A stretch of 64,000 bases of DNA from the NCBI GenBank assembly GCA_965279035.1, contig OZ257142.1, positions 2,848,001 through 2,912,000 on the forward strand, written 5' to 3'. Source of the stretch: Bacteroidia bacterium (lineage in GTDB: Bacteria; Bacteroidota; Bacteroidia; M30B66). The notes under the pieces are model-generated. The model searched no databases and was not told the DNA's origin. It saw only the letters and a program-made list of their open reading frames with translations. Positions within the stretch are counted from its first letter, which is position 1. Each line of letters starts with the position of its first letter. Both the position numbers and the translations under genes were made by a program. This document shows, in pieces, positions 17,788-29,500 of the stretch.

Positions 17788-20391
17788 TTAATTCACTAAA
17801 ATTTTTTTAACGGCTGAAGCATTGGAAGAAAATAAGCGTAGAAAATAAACTCCTTTGCTTAGATCGTGAACACTGATTTGTCCTTGCGACAGGCCTTTGC
17901 TAATACTTGATTGCTGCACTAAACGCCCTTGTAAATCGATGAGCTGAACTTGAACGGCACTAGTATTTTGAGCAAGTTGAATATGGATTAAATCGTTGCT
18001 AGGATTTGGGAAAACATTCGCCGAAAGAATGGGTGTTTGAATTCCAGTTGGATCGGATGCTGAGTAAATTCCAATATTATCGAGAAATAAATTGGTTCCT
18101 CCACCATTAATTCCACGGAAGCGCACCATGATTGAGTTGGAGGATAAATAAGGTAAAAGATCAATTTTCTTGTAATTCCAATGATGCGGTTTTAAGGGAT
18201 GGAAATTCGTCCAAAGTGAATCAAAGGTTGCTAATTCTTGTCCGCCTTTAAAAAACACGGAAGTCCATGTTTCTCCGCAATCGTCCGAAACTGCAATATC
18301 CAATGTATCACTCAATGTAGTGCTACGAAAGCGGTAAGCAATATCGAAACGTAAAAACAATGAATCAACTGAGGAAGGAACATTGATATTAGGTGTAATG
18401 ATATCATCGAATTGTTTCCGATTGGTATAACTCAAAAACGGCATACGTGCAGAATACGAACTATTGTTCAAACCCGCAGTATGAAGCGTATCCCAGGTTT
18501 TACTGTTATCGTAATTTAAACGTAACCAATTGTTGATACTGAAGTCATTATTTTCGAAACTTTCGGCATAGGGTAATTCGACAATAGGCTGAACGTGAAT
18601 ATGGGCAATGCGACTATTATTTAATAATTCACGTTCAACAAAATTTCCAAATGGAATTAATACTGCTTGAATTTCGTGTATTCCTGGGCTTAAAAAACCT
18701 GAACTTAAAGTTACAAGTTCACTTGCACCGGGTTGAAGAATTGTTTGCCAATCTGTTGACCCAACATTCACTCCATCAATACTCCATGAGATTTGTCCCA
18801 TTCCTGTAGCAACTGTTCCTACATTTCGGATTTCGACTGTGGGTGTGTAATTTCCAACACAAGCAAAACCGGTATTGATAATGGATTCGATAGCGAGATC
18901 GAATTCTGAGGTATTAGGAGGAACTGGCGTATAAAGTGCTGCCAGAAAATTATAAGCATTTTCGAGATTGATAATTCCTTTTCCATAGGTATTATCTTCA
19001 CCAACATCACCTAAATCAGTAGCAGTTTGATATAAAGCATTGAGAATATCTCTACCGGTTAAAAATGGAAATGCTTCTTTCAAAATAAGGACTGAACCAG
19101 CTACGTGAGGTCCAGCCATGGAAGTACCAGAATATTCGGCGTATTGATTTTGTTGAACACTTGAACGCACATTCACACCTGGAGCAGATACTTCGGGTTT
19201 TATTTTCCAAGCATCAATTACATCGCAAGAAGTTGGTCCACGACTTGAAAAACTAGCAATGGGTAAAGTGGATGTGTTGGCATTGAGAGCACCAACAGTA
19301 AAAATGGAGAGACTATCGAAAGTAACGTATTGAGGCAATCCAATGGTTCCAGCTCCGGGTCCTTCATTTCCTGCCGAAAACTCAACGGCAATTCCAGCAG
19401 CATCCAATGAAGAAAAAAGATCAATCATAAATTGAGCTGTGCACAATCCATCAAAAATTGAATCACCAACACCCCAAGAATTACAAATTACATCAGGAAC
19501 ATCATCGCTTGTAGCAACATTGCCATCGGGATTTATAGCAAATTCGAAAGCTTCAAAAATGACAGTTACCGGTTTGATATCAGCAACATCTTCAACAATT
19601 GGATCGGCAGCCATATAGGAAGCATTGAATGCAATTCCAATAGTATCGGCAAAAGCAGTATCCAATCCTAAGATAGTTCCAGTAACGTGTGTTCCATGTG
19701 CATCGGGTTTATCGGCAGGAACATCTGAATCGAATCCTTTCCAGCACCATGCTTGAGGCAAGTAATTTCCTCTGTATTGACGACGAATTGCGGGATGCAC
19801 CGACCAAACTCCTGTATCGCAAGTAAATAATTTACGACCTAATCCGGTGTATCCTAAATTCCACATAAAAGGTGCGTGAATCGCTTCCAATCCGGCTTCA
19901 TGTCCACCAACGCTACGTGAAACAGATTCATGCTTTTCTACAATGGGAACAGGAGTAATGGTGAAGCGGTCGTTCGATTCGATGTAATCCACTTGAGGAA
20001 GAGAAGCTAATTCCATGATCAATGATGGTGTAGCATCAACAACCATAAGGTTGATTATATGGTATTGACGGACGATAGCAGCCATTCCATCTTCATCACC
20101 TAATACGCTTTTAATATATGCAACAACAGGTTCTTGAGACGAGTTTGCTTGTTGAATAAGCGCTTGATTTAGAATTCGATTTCGATCGGCGTTGGATGTA
20201 TGTTGATTTTGAAAATCGATGCTTAGTTGACGTGTATCAACACGATCGCGCATGTATAGCTGAATGCGTTGTTTTTGATTGGGTGCATTGAGCATACGTT
20301 GCTGAAGCATTGAGCTGATTGTAGACTGCGAAAAAGTTGGCAGGCTAAGCAGTATGCTAAGCAATACGATAAGAGAGGAAGGTTGAATCAT
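17788..20391 (-). CDS. S8 subtilisin-like (bacillopeptidase F-like) protease with CARDB-like domain and T9SS CTD
   Basis: Catalytic triad motifs DTG, HGTHVTG and GTSMAGPHV; FPNPS CTD. Confidence 0.92.
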   Translation of the reverse strand: MIQPSSLIVLLSILLSLPTFSQSTISSMLQQRMLNAPNQKQRIQLYMRDRVDTRQLSIDFQNQHTSNADRNRILNQALIQQANSSQEPVVAYIKSVLGDEDGMAAIVRQYHIINLMVVDATPSLIMELASLPQVDYIESNDRFTITPVPIVEKHESVSRSVGGHEAGLEAIHAPFMWNLGYTGLGRKLFTCDTGVWSVHPAIRRQYRGNYLPQAWCWKGFDSDVPADKPDAHGTHVTGTILGLDTAFADTIGIAFNASYMAADPIVEDVADIKPVTVIFEAFEFAINPDGNVATSDDVPDVICNSWGVGDSIFDGLCTAQFMIDLFSSLDAAGIAVEFSAGNEGPGAGTIGLPQYVTFDSLSIFTVGALNANTSTLPIASFSSRGPTSCDVIDAWKIKPEVSAPGVNVRSSVQQNQYAEYSGTSMAGPHVAGSVLILKEAFPFLTGRDILNALYQTATDLGDVGEDNTYGKGIINLENAYNFLAALYTPVPPNTSEFDLAIESIINTGFACVGNYTPTVEIRNVGTVATGMGQISWSIDGVNVGSTDWQTILQPGASELVTLSSGFLSPGIHEIQAVLIPFGNFVERELLNNSRIAHIHVQPIVELPYAESFENNDFSINNWLRLNYDNSKTWDTLHTAGLNNSSYSARMPFLSYTNRKQFDDIITPNINVPSSVDSLFLRFDIAYRFRSTTLSDTLDIAVSDDCGETWTSVFFKGGQELATFDSLWTNFHPLKPHHWNYKKIDLLPYLSSNSIMVRFRGINGGGTNLFLDNIGIYSASDPTGIQTPILSANVFPNPSNDLIHIQLAQNTSAVQVQLIDLQGRLVQQSSISKGLSQGQISVHDLSKGVYFLRLFSSNASAVKKILVN

Positions 20392-20431
20392 GCGGATAAA
20401 CTTTCCGCCAAGATAAAAAAAGAGTTTGAGC

Positions 20432-20917
20432 TTAACTGTTTTGTTTAAGCAGTGTCCTCATATCATCGGTAAAGGACATAGAATTTAAGCCTAATGGCAG
20501 AACAAAATCGCCGTCGATACGATCTATTATTTTAAATGCTTTTGCTAATAAATCTTCACCTTCTTCGCTCAGGGCAAGAGTTTTAGAGCGTGTATCCATT
20601 TTATTTTTCTTCCTACTGAGGAGTCCTTTTTTCTGTAATGTTCTCAGAATTTTGGAAGTCATCATTTTATCGATGCGGCAATGTTTGGCTAAGTCTTGCT
20701 GAGAAACAATATTTTTTTGAGTTCCAATAAACTGCAAAGAAGCAAGAAGTAAGAATTGAGCGTGTGTAATACCGATTGTATCGAGGCCATTTTTAAGTTT
20801 GCGTTGCCAAAGCATCGAAACCTGCCACATGACAAAACCGGCGTTCTGTTCCGGATCACCAAATGGGTGGCGAGCGGAGGAAGCTTTCACAGAAGCCTCA
20901 GAAACTTTCTTTGACAT
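20432..20917 (-). CDS. MarR-family transcriptional regulator
   Basis: ITHAQFLLL, LQKKGLL and DTRSKTLALSEEG motifs; likely start MSKKV. Confidence 0.9.
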   Translation of the reverse strand: MSKKVSEASVKASSARHPFGDPEQNAGFVMWQVSMLWQRKLKNGLDTIGITHAQFLLLASLQFIGTQKNIVSQQDLAKHCRIDKMMTSKILRTLQKKGLLSRKKNKMDTRSKTLALSEEGEDLLAKAFKIIDRIDGDFVLPLGLNSMSFTDDMRTLLKQNS

Positions 20918-21048
20918 AAATTCAGGAATTAAGGTTGCAAGTATAATCAAATTCTACAAGCTGCAAGTACTTAGGCGAAACAATGAATGTAATATTCGCT
21001 ACTTTTGAAAATATTCAATACATCACGTGTTTAGAATCGAGCTATTTT

Positions 21049-21924
21049 TTAATTCGATTTAACAGAAATGGCACTTAACCAACGAGGTAAACCATTGAGA
21101 TCGAAATGAATTTCAACTTGTTTGAATCCAGCATCTTCCCAACAGGCTTTTACTTGGTTTGTTAGAGCAGAGTGACTTTCTGCTAATAAAATTCCATCTG
21201 GTTTGAGTAAGGCATTTCCCCAGCGTGCAAGGTGACGATAGAATATCATAGGATCTTGATCGGGAACGAAGAGTGCCATGGATGGTTCTTGCTCGTGCAC
21301 ATGTTTCGCCATGCTTGGTCGCTCCGATTCAGGAATATAAGGTGGATTAGAAATCAAGATATCTAATTCAGGAAAGCCTTGAGCAGAATCTTGAATAAGA
21401 TCGACTTTAGAAAAAGAAATTTCAAGCTTGAGATTGAGGGCATTTTTTTGAGCGATACGTAATGCTTCATCCGAAAGATCACAGGCAAAAATGCTGGCTT
21501 GAGGAAGATAATTTTTCAAGGCGAAAGCGATACAACCGCTACCTGTACATGCATCTAAAATGACTGGATCGGATGGGATTTTACTTTCTAACAATCCATT
21601 TACAAGCTCTTCCGTTTCGGGACGAGGAATTAAAACACCCGGTTCAACACCGATTTCTAGTCCACAAAACCAAGCGTTACCTAATATATATTGAACTGGT
21701 TCATGGTTTCGAAGTCGTTTTACAAATTGGGAATACTGTAGCAAATCACTTTCATTGACGCGTGTTTCAGGCTGAAGATGGATTTGTATCATCGACCAGC
21801 CATTTATTTTTTCAGCAGCCATACGAAACAAGGCAAGGATTTCACTGCTTGAATAGAGATTTTTCAGTTCTTCTTCAAAATATCGTTTAATATGAGCAAT
21901 GCTATTTCCCTGAATTTTCATCAA
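21049..21924 (-). CDS. prmC: Release factor glutamine methyltransferase
   Basis: EPVQYILG, VLIPRPETEE, CTGSGCIA and SNPPY motifs. Confidence 0.95.
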   Translation of the reverse strand: MMKIQGNSIAHIKRYFEEELKNLYSSSEILALFRMAAEKINGWSMIQIHLQPETRVNESDLLQYSQFVKRLRNHEPVQYILGNAWFCGLEIGVEPGVLIPRPETEELVNGLLESKIPSDPVILDACTGSGCIAFALKNYLPQASIFACDLSDEALRIAQKNALNLKLEISFSKVDLIQDSAQGFPELDILISNPPYIPESERPSMAKHVHEQEPSMALFVPDQDPMIFYRHLARWGNALLKPDGILLAESHSALTNQVKACWEDAGFKQVEIHFDLNGLPRWLSAISVKSN

Positions 21925-22011
21925 TCACCTTGTTAAAAAAAATGCAAGGCAAAGGACATAAAGTTGATTGAAAATCGCACTATGAAACCAGCTTTTCTCT
22001 AATTTGGCAAC

Positions 22012-23073
22012 ATGGAAATGTATATGCGTCGTGCCATTGAACTGGCAGAACAAGGAATGGGCAAAGTTGCACCTAATCCACTGGTTGGTTGTGTGATTGT
22101 TCATCAAGATAAAATTATTGGAGAAGGATTTCATCAACGCTATGGTGGTGCTCATGCAGAAGTGAATGCCATTCAATCTGTTGAAAACAAAGACTTGTTA
22201 AAGGATTCAACACTATTTGTTACACTTGAACCCTGCAATCATACCGGATTTACACCGCCCTGTACTCATCTAATTTTAGAACATAAAATCCCTCGGGTTG
22301 TCATTGCTACTCGAGATTCAAATCCAGTGGTAGCGGGAAAAGGAGTTGAACTTTTGCAAAAGGCAGGAGTGAATGTTCAGGTTGGTTTATTGGAAGACTT
22401 AGCACGTTGGCAGAATCGTCGCTTTTTTACATTTCACGAAAAATACAGGCCTTATATTATATTAAAGTGGGCAGAGACGAAGGATGGATTTATGGATATT
22501 GCCCGTGAACATGGCGAAACTGGAAGCTTTGCTATTAGTGGGAAAGAAGCTAAAATTCAGGTTCATAAATGGAGGACAGAAGAGTCGGCCATATTGGTTG
22601 GTTCACGAACTGTCTTTATAGATAATCCACAATTAACTGCACGTCATTGGCCAGGAAAAGATCCTGTTCGTATTGTAATAGACGCGAATTTGAAGGTGCC
22701 GCGCACTCATAAAATTTTCGAAGATCGCGGAAGGACGATTGTATTTAATCGTTTAGAAACACGTCCTATTTTCAATATTGAATATATCCAACTCAATTTT
22801 GCTGAAGAGATTTTACCACGAATTATGGATTATCTACGTTATGAGAAACTCACTTCGGTGATTGTTGAAGGAGGTTCTGCTACGCTTGGGCGTTTTCTTG
22901 AATTAGGGTTATGGGATGAAATTCGACGTTTTAGAGCACCGATGAATCTTGAAAAAGGATTGAAAGCTCCAACATTAAATTTAAAACCATACGAAAGTAT
23001 CGCGGTTGGAGTAGATGTCTTGGAGCTCTATTATCAATCAAATCCACCTGAAGGATTTCACATTAGTATTTAA
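22012..23073 (+). CDS. ribD: Riboflavin biosynthesis deaminase/reductase
   Basis: PNPLVGC, HAE, LEPC...PPC and VEGG motifs. Confidence 0.96.
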   Translation: MEMYMRRAIELAEQGMGKVAPNPLVGCVIVHQDKIIGEGFHQRYGGAHAEVNAIQSVENKDLLKDSTLFVTLEPCNHTGFTPPCTHLILEHKIPRVVIATRDSNPVVAGKGVELLQKAGVNVQVGLLEDLARWQNRRFFTFHEKYRPYIILKWAETKDGFMDIAREHGETGSFAISGKEAKIQVHKWRTEESAILVGSRTVFIDNPQLTARHWPGKDPVRIVIDANLKVPRTHKIFEDRGRTIVFNRLETRPIFNIEYIQLNFAEEILPRIMDYLRYEKLTSVIVEGGSATLGRFLELGLWDEIRRFRAPMNLEKGLKAPTLNLKPYESIAVGVDVLELYYQSNPPEGFHISI

Positions 23074-24748
23074 TCAATCGGGCAGATTTAAATCCTGATT
23101 TTGTTTGTTGCAAAACAATGTAAATCCCTGGAGTTAATTCCTTCAAATCAATCACACTTTGGTTGATTTCAAGGTTTATTTTTCTTCCGAATTGATCAAT
23201 GATTTGAGTGTTTTCCAGAGTTGAATTTCTTACGTAAACTTGAGAATTAGCCGGATTGGGAAATACTGATAATTGAATTGATTCTTTTGAGTTAATTGAT
23301 AATGCATCCGGAACAAGGTTATACTTAAAGAGAAATCCATCGAGTCCTGAACCAACGCGCGGGATAGAAATTGTTTGAGAAGGATATTCTGGAAAGGTTG
23401 TATTGCTTACTTGACCGCTTTGATATACCAATGTTCCTTTTAAAACAATATCATTCCCAAGTTGATCTCCGTTTCCCCCTTGTTCAAAGTAATTCATAAG
23501 TGACCAATCATCTTCAAAACGAAGTATAAATGCATTGGTCGAATCACCAGAACTAACAGTATAAACAGCTGCTCCAAGTTCTAAATCTACATCGCCTTTA
23601 TAATTCCCTGTAGCAATCATGGTATTATTTGGACCTGTATATAAACGACTTACAGAAGCCGTAAGGGTTTGACTTCCCTGCATGATAACAGCAGAAACTA
23701 AAACTGCCGAAGAGGTATAACGAGCAAGGAATGGAGCGGCATTCGTTCCCGTTTTCGTTAACATAACTGCTGCAGCACCTGGATCAACATCCATACTCGT
23801 ACTGTTTATATTTCCTGTAATTATCACTTGTCCATTTTCTGTCATTGCAACCGCATTCCCCAATTCAAGCGAACTTCCACCGAGTAAAAATCCCCAAGAA
23901 AGTGTTCCATCATTTTGTGAATATCGAATTAAGAAAGCATCCGTTGCAGCAACTAAATTGGTTGTTCCAGCACCTGGATTAATATCGGCTGTACCACCAA
24001 TTAAACCTGTAGAATAAACATAACCATCAGCCCCTAAACAGAAATCAGAAATAAAATCGATGGCAGGTGTTTGAGAGCCAATGACATTCATCCAGATCAA
24101 TTGAAAATCACCATAATATTTTCCAATAAAACAATCACCCGAAAACACATTCGATGTTTTAGAAAAAGTTCCTCCACCAAAATCAAAATCTACTGTTTGA
24201 GTGTATTGTCCAGCAATAAATATTTCGTTGAATTCATTAATTCGAATGCATCGAATATCGATTGTTCCTCCAGAAGTAATGTTTCGATATTCGATTAGTA
24301 CTCCTGTTTGCCCATCATATTTTGCTAAAAAACCCTCCAATGCGCCTGAAGGATCTGAGGTGATTATTTCGGTAGAATCGCTTGGGTCTAAATCGATACT
24401 CGTTTGAAAACGTCCCGCAACCCAAATATTATCGGCAGTATCACAAGAAATGGAAGAAATTTGATCTGTATTGGGTCCACCGATTGAAATTTGCCATAAT
24501 AGTGTTCCATCTGAATTGTATTTGGTTAGAAATACATCTTGAAATCCATAGGAAGGGATTGTTCCCAAAATAGATTGCAATGGTCCAGTAAACGTGCCGG
24601 CAGCAAATACATTCCCATTAGAATCAAGCGCTATACGCTGGATATTATCGGCCGAAGCTCCTCCGTATGTTTTACCCCAAGTAAACTGTTGTGCATCAGT
24701 AATTGTACATGCAGAAACAAACAGTAACATCGTCCAAATTAACTTCAT
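23063..24748 (-). CDS. Beta-propeller (SBBP-like repeat) T9SS cargo protein
   Basis: Repeats such as DSNGNVFAAG...DVFLTKYNSDG..LW; FPNPA CTD. Its 3' end overlaps ribD by 11 bp. Confidence 0.8.
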   Translation of the reverse strand: MKLIWTMLLFVSACTITDAQQFTWGKTYGGASADNIQRIALDSNGNVFAAGTFTGPLQSILGTIPSYGFQDVFLTKYNSDGTLLWQISIGGPNTDQISSISCDTADNIWVAGRFQTSIDLDPSDSTEIITSDPSGALEGFLAKYDGQTGVLIEYRNITSGGTIDIRCIRINEFNEIFIAGQYTQTVDFDFGGGTFSKTSNVFSGDCFIGKYYGDFQLIWMNVIGSQTPAIDFISDFCLGADGYVYSTGLIGGTADINPGAGTTNLVAATDAFLIRYSQNDGTLSWGFLLGGSSLELGNAVAMTENGQVIITGNINSTSMDVDPGAAAVMLTKTGTNAAPFLARYTSSAVLVSAVIMQGSQTLTASVSRLYTGPNNTMIATGNYKGDVDLELGAAVYTVSSGDSTNAFILRFEDDWSLMNYFEQGGNGDQLGNDIVLKGTLVYQSGQVSNTTFPEYPSQTISIPRVGSGLDGFLFKYNLVPDALSINSKESIQLSVFPNPANSQVYVRNSTLENTQIIDQFGRKINLEINQSVIDLKELTPGIYIVLQQTKSGFKSARLIKY

Positions 24749-24891
24749 AAAAACTGCATTTTTAAGGAGGTTAAATTAAACGGAGTCAAGCTTTTAAAAA
24801 GCCCCATTTAGGAAAAGTATCGAGACCCTATTGTTGATAACTACAGGAATCTCTAAGGTAATATAAAGTTATGTATGAACAGAAACGAAAA

Positions 24892-26022
24892 TTAATATTG
24901 AATTACTTGTTGTTCGATTTCTTTTGGTAATTCACGGAATTCATACTGTTGAGTTCTTAATTGAGGCTCAAATCCTGCCTCTTTTATAGCTTGTTGAATT
25001 CCGTCGGCCGTAAACCGATGAGGCGCACCAGCAGCCGAAACAACATTCTCTTCAATCATAATTGATCCAAAATCATTTGCACCAGCATGTAAACAGAGTT
25101 GCGCTGTTTTTTCACCAACAGTAAGCCACGAAGCTTGAATATTGATCACATTCGGCAACATCATTCTACTTAAAGCAATCATTCGGATATATTCATCCCC
25201 AGTAACATGATTGCGTACATTCTTCACTCGTCGCAATAAAGTTCCATCATCCATAAATGGCCATGGAATAAATGCTAAAAATCCTTTTGAATGGGCAGGT
25301 TTCTCACTTTGAACTTGACGAATCCAGGCAAGGTGTTCAAAACGTTCTTCAAGCGTTTCGATATGTCCAAACATCATTGTAGCTGAAGTTGTAATATCCA
25401 ATTGATGAGCAGCTCGCATCACATCCAACCATTCAGCTCCACTGCATTTTCCTTTGGAAATCATACGTCTAACACGGTCATTTAATATTTCGGCACCTGC
25501 ACCAGGCAAGGAATCTAATCCCGCATTTTTTAATCGTGATAAAACTTCAGTATGACTCAAATTTCCCAGTTTTGCAATATGCGCTATTTCAGGTGGACCG
25601 AGAGCATGAAGTTTTATATCTGGAAAATTAGATTTCAAATCACGAAAAAGCTGCTCATAAAATTCAATTCCTAATTCAGGATGATGGCCGCCTTGCAAAA
25701 GCATTTGATCTCCACCTAAACGACGCATTTCCTCAATCTTTACACGGTATTCATCGAGTGTTGTAATATAGGATTCAACATGTCCTGGTATTCTGTAAAA
25801 ATTACAAAACTTACAATTTGCAATACATACATTGGTTGTATTGACATTGCGATCGATCATCCAAGTTACTTTCCCATCAGGCTTTTGCTTCGTTTTTAGT
25901 TCGTTACCTACAAACATGATATCAGCAAGAGGAGCATTTTCAAATAAGAATACTCCTTCTTCAATACTAAGCCACTCCATTTGAAGTGCTTTATTCAAAA
26001 GTGTTTGTACTTCCATATTCAT
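24892..26022 (-). CDS. mqnC: Cyclic dehypoxanthinyl futalosine synthase (CofH/MqnC radical SAM)
   Basis: DRNVNTTNVCIANCKFCNF, LQGGHHP, SLPGAGAEIL and GANDFGSIMIEENVVSAAG motifs. Confidence 0.85.
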   Translation of the reverse strand: MNMEVQTLLNKALQMEWLSIEEGVFLFENAPLADIMFVGNELKTKQKPDGKVTWMIDRNVNTTNVCIANCKFCNFYRIPGHVESYITTLDEYRVKIEEMRRLGGDQMLLQGGHHPELGIEFYEQLFRDLKSNFPDIKLHALGPPEIAHIAKLGNLSHTEVLSRLKNAGLDSLPGAGAEILNDRVRRMISKGKCSGAEWLDVMRAAHQLDITTSATMMFGHIETLEERFEHLAWIRQVQSEKPAHSKGFLAFIPWPFMDDGTLLRRVKNVRNHVTGDEYIRMIALSRMMLPNVINIQASWLTVGEKTAQLCLHAGANDFGSIMIEENVVSAAGAPHRFTADGIQQAIKEAGFEPQLRTQQYEFRELPKEIEQQVIQY

Positions 26023-26522
26023 CTTAACAGGCTGCAAGGTAGAATTTGTTTATAAAATGGTTAAATGGAAAAATCGATTTCAATCAATCGATTTGTTTGC
26101 CCAATAACACCAAGTTTTTAGCTCGAATTCCAACAATCCAATCCATAAAATTCAAATTTCAATTGTTTTGAATTAAGGAAACGAGCAGCAATGGAGAATG
26201 TTCTAAGCAATTAATCTTTCTCCAGCTATATATTTCAACAGCTGTGTTTAGAATTTATTCTGATTTCATTTTCAACATGTTAAATAAATGAATAGCATGA
26301 ATTATTTATCAACATACACGTCGAAAACTATCCGTTCTTAAACGTTTACTATACGACTTACCTCAAAAGGTTAAATTAACTTTGAGTCGGTGGGTGGTTA
26401 GAGGTCGGCCCCCGCGTGCGCGAAGACAATGCTTTATTGATAGGCTTTACAGACAATCTATTCTTAAGTATATTTTCAAATTCTCCTTAAAATTCGTTTT
26501 ACATTCCCTCCCTCCTACTATG

Positions 26523-26540
26523 TTTCTACATTTGTAGAAA
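26523..26540 (+). promoter_or_regulatory. Bacteroidota -7 promoter box inside a palindrome
   Basis: TACATTTG (26527-26534) lies within TTTCTACA-TT-TGTAGAAA, just before ATG 26544. Confidence 0.6.
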
Positions 26541-26543
26541 TCC

Positions 26544-29500
26544 ATGCTCCACCATTCTAAAATTCTGCTTCTGTTACTGCTTTTTCCATTGGGAATTGGA
26601 GCACAACAGTTTCATTTTCGGAATTACTCTTTGAGCGAAGGATTGGCACAAAGCCAAGTTTATACGCTTTGTCAATCTAAAAATGGAACCATATGGATGG
26701 GGACACGCGGAGGCGGTTTAAGTGCTTTCGATGGTATACGTTTTCAAAATTACACTACCAAAGATGGTTTAGCGGATAATTATATTCTCTGTTTAACTGA
26801 AGATTCTAATGGCATTCTTTGGATTGGAACAAACAACGGACTTTGTTCTTTTAATGGAAGAGTATTTAAATCAGAAATTTTACCAGATAGTGGGACAATT
26901 GTCGTTGAGAGTATTTTACTGAATTATCAAAATGCTTTGATCATTGGAACTCAAAAAGGAATCTATGAATTAAAAGCAAACAAATGGAATCGATTCAGAA
27001 CTGATATTAAAAGTATTCAAGAGAATATTACTTGTTTGTATAACGATCATAAAAATCGATTGTGGATTGGGAATAATAGTGGTCTAACGTGTATCGATAA
27101 AAAGACAATTCAACATGTTGGAAGTAAGGAAGGTTTGCCAAGTGAAGCGATACGATGTATAACTGAAGATGCTGGAGGAACAATTTGGATTGGAACGTAT
27201 GGACACGGCATTGCTTGGATAACTACAAAAGGAATTCGAGTAATGAACTCTAAAAGTGTTTTGCCCGATCCGATAGTTCAGAGTCTATATCGAGATAATC
27301 AAAACCGCATTTGGATAGGAACACAAGAGGCAGGAGCTGGGTATTGGAATCCAAGTGATAGTTTATTCCGATTTATTAACGAACGAGATGGACTTTGCAA
27401 TAATCATATTCGCTGCATTATTGATGATTATTGGGGAAATATTTGGTTAGGATCTTCGGGTGGCGGAGTAAGTAAATATTTCGGACAGCAATTCACTCAT
27501 TTCGATCAGCGTAGCGGTTTACCTGGACGCAATGTGTATGCACTTGCTGAAGATAGTTCAGGAGCAATTTGGTTTAGTACATCATCTGGGGGCTTGTGTC
27601 GAGCCGAAGGGAATTTGATAAAGGATTTCAGCCGAGCGGAAGGCTTTCCTACAGTTAAAATTAAAAAACTGATGATTGACCTTCAAAACCGATTGTGGAT
27701 TGGAACTGAAGGTGAAGGAATTTATATATATAATGGAAAAGATTTTACCCATTTAGGAAATGAAAATGGCTTGATGGGTAATTGGATTAGGGACATTATT
27801 CAGGATTTGGCAGGTAATATTTGGATAGCTAAAGCGGGAGGAGGAATAGCAAAAGTTTCGGAAGTAAATTCCAAGTTTGAAATCCGTCAATTTGGGGTAG
27901 AACAAGGATTACCCGAAGATCGCATCAATGCATTATTACAAGATAAAATTGGTAGAATATGGTTTGCAACAACAAGTAGTGGATGTGGTTTTATTGAAAA
28001 TGATTCCATTTATTCGTTCAACACAAAAGATGGATTAAGTAGTCAAAAGTTGCGATCATTGACAATGGCTCCAAATGGTGATGTTTGGATTGGAACTGCA
28101 GATCGAGGACTAAGCGTTGTTACAATGCAAGGTAATCGAGCAAATTTTAGAAGTATTTCGGTAAAGCAAGGTTTAACTTCCGACAATAGTTATTTACTCA
28201 TTTTTGATCATGATGGTCGACTTTGGAATGGAACTGAAAAAGGGCTTGATCGAATAACATTGGGAAGTGATGTTGAGGTTGAAGAAATCAAGCATTACGG
28301 CTATTCCGAAGGATTTATTGGCATTGAAACGTCTCAAAATGCTGCAATTCTTGATAGTCAAGGAAAGCTTTGGTTTGGGACGATTAACGGATTAACGCGC
28401 TTCAATCCTTCCCTTACTGATATCAACAAAATAGCACCAATTCTTCAACTACGAGATATTCGTTTGTTTTTTAAACCATTGTTAGAAACGAATTATGCCC
28501 CCTTTTGGGAAACGATTGATCGAGATACGACGAGTGTTTTAAAATTACCATACAATCAAAATCATTTAAGCTTCGATTTCTTTGGAGTAAATCAACGAAA
28601 TCCCGAACAGGTGAAATACCAATGGAAGCTTGTCGGCTTGGATGAAAACTGGACTCCTGCAGGGTTTCAACATAATATTACTTATTCTAATCTTCCGCCA
28701 GGTGAGTATACTTTATTGTATCGAGCAGAGAATGAGGATGGAATTTGGAGTGAATCAAAATCAATTCATTTTAGCATTGAACAACCTATTTGGAAACGTT
28801 GGTGGTTTTTAACAATCTCAGTTGGATTTTTGGTTGTATTTGTTTGGATATATTTCCGCTGGAGACTAAGACGAATTAAGCACAAAGCGAAAGAAGCTCA
28901 AGAAAAATTGAAGTTGGAAACAGATGTCCTTAAGCTTGAACAAAAAGCTTTACAGCTTCAAATGAATCCGCATTTTATTTTCAATGCATTGAATTCTATA
29001 CAAGCTCTTATTGGTACACAAGACGAAAAAACGGCTCGTTATTATCTGTCGAAATTTTCCCGCTTAATGCGCCAAATACTCGAAAGTAGCCGAGAACAGC
29101 TAATTCCGTTGGAAATGGAAATTAGTATTTTAGAGAATTATTTGAGTATTGAACAATTCAGTCATGGTGTTAAATTCACTTGGAAAATAAATTATGAAGA
29201 TTCTATAGATATTAAAAACACAAGTATTTTACCAATGCTTATTCATCCATTTGTGGAAAATGCTGTTATACATGGACTTATTCCAAAAGGAGCAGATGGA
29301 CACATTCAAATACTATTTAGTAAATTCGAAAATCAATTATTAGTTAGGATAATGGATAATGGTATTGGCCGTGAAAAAGCGCGTGAACGACGTTCTCAAC
29401 AAGATCAACAACATAAATCAACTGCTTTATTAGTTGTTCAAGAACGACTCGCATTACTCGAAGGAAAAACACATATTCAAATAAACGATTTGACCAATGA

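Noticed and set aside
26386-26427. GC-rich patch as tRNA or riboswitch
   Set aside because: No cloverleaf, T-loop or recognisable riboswitch consensus could be built.
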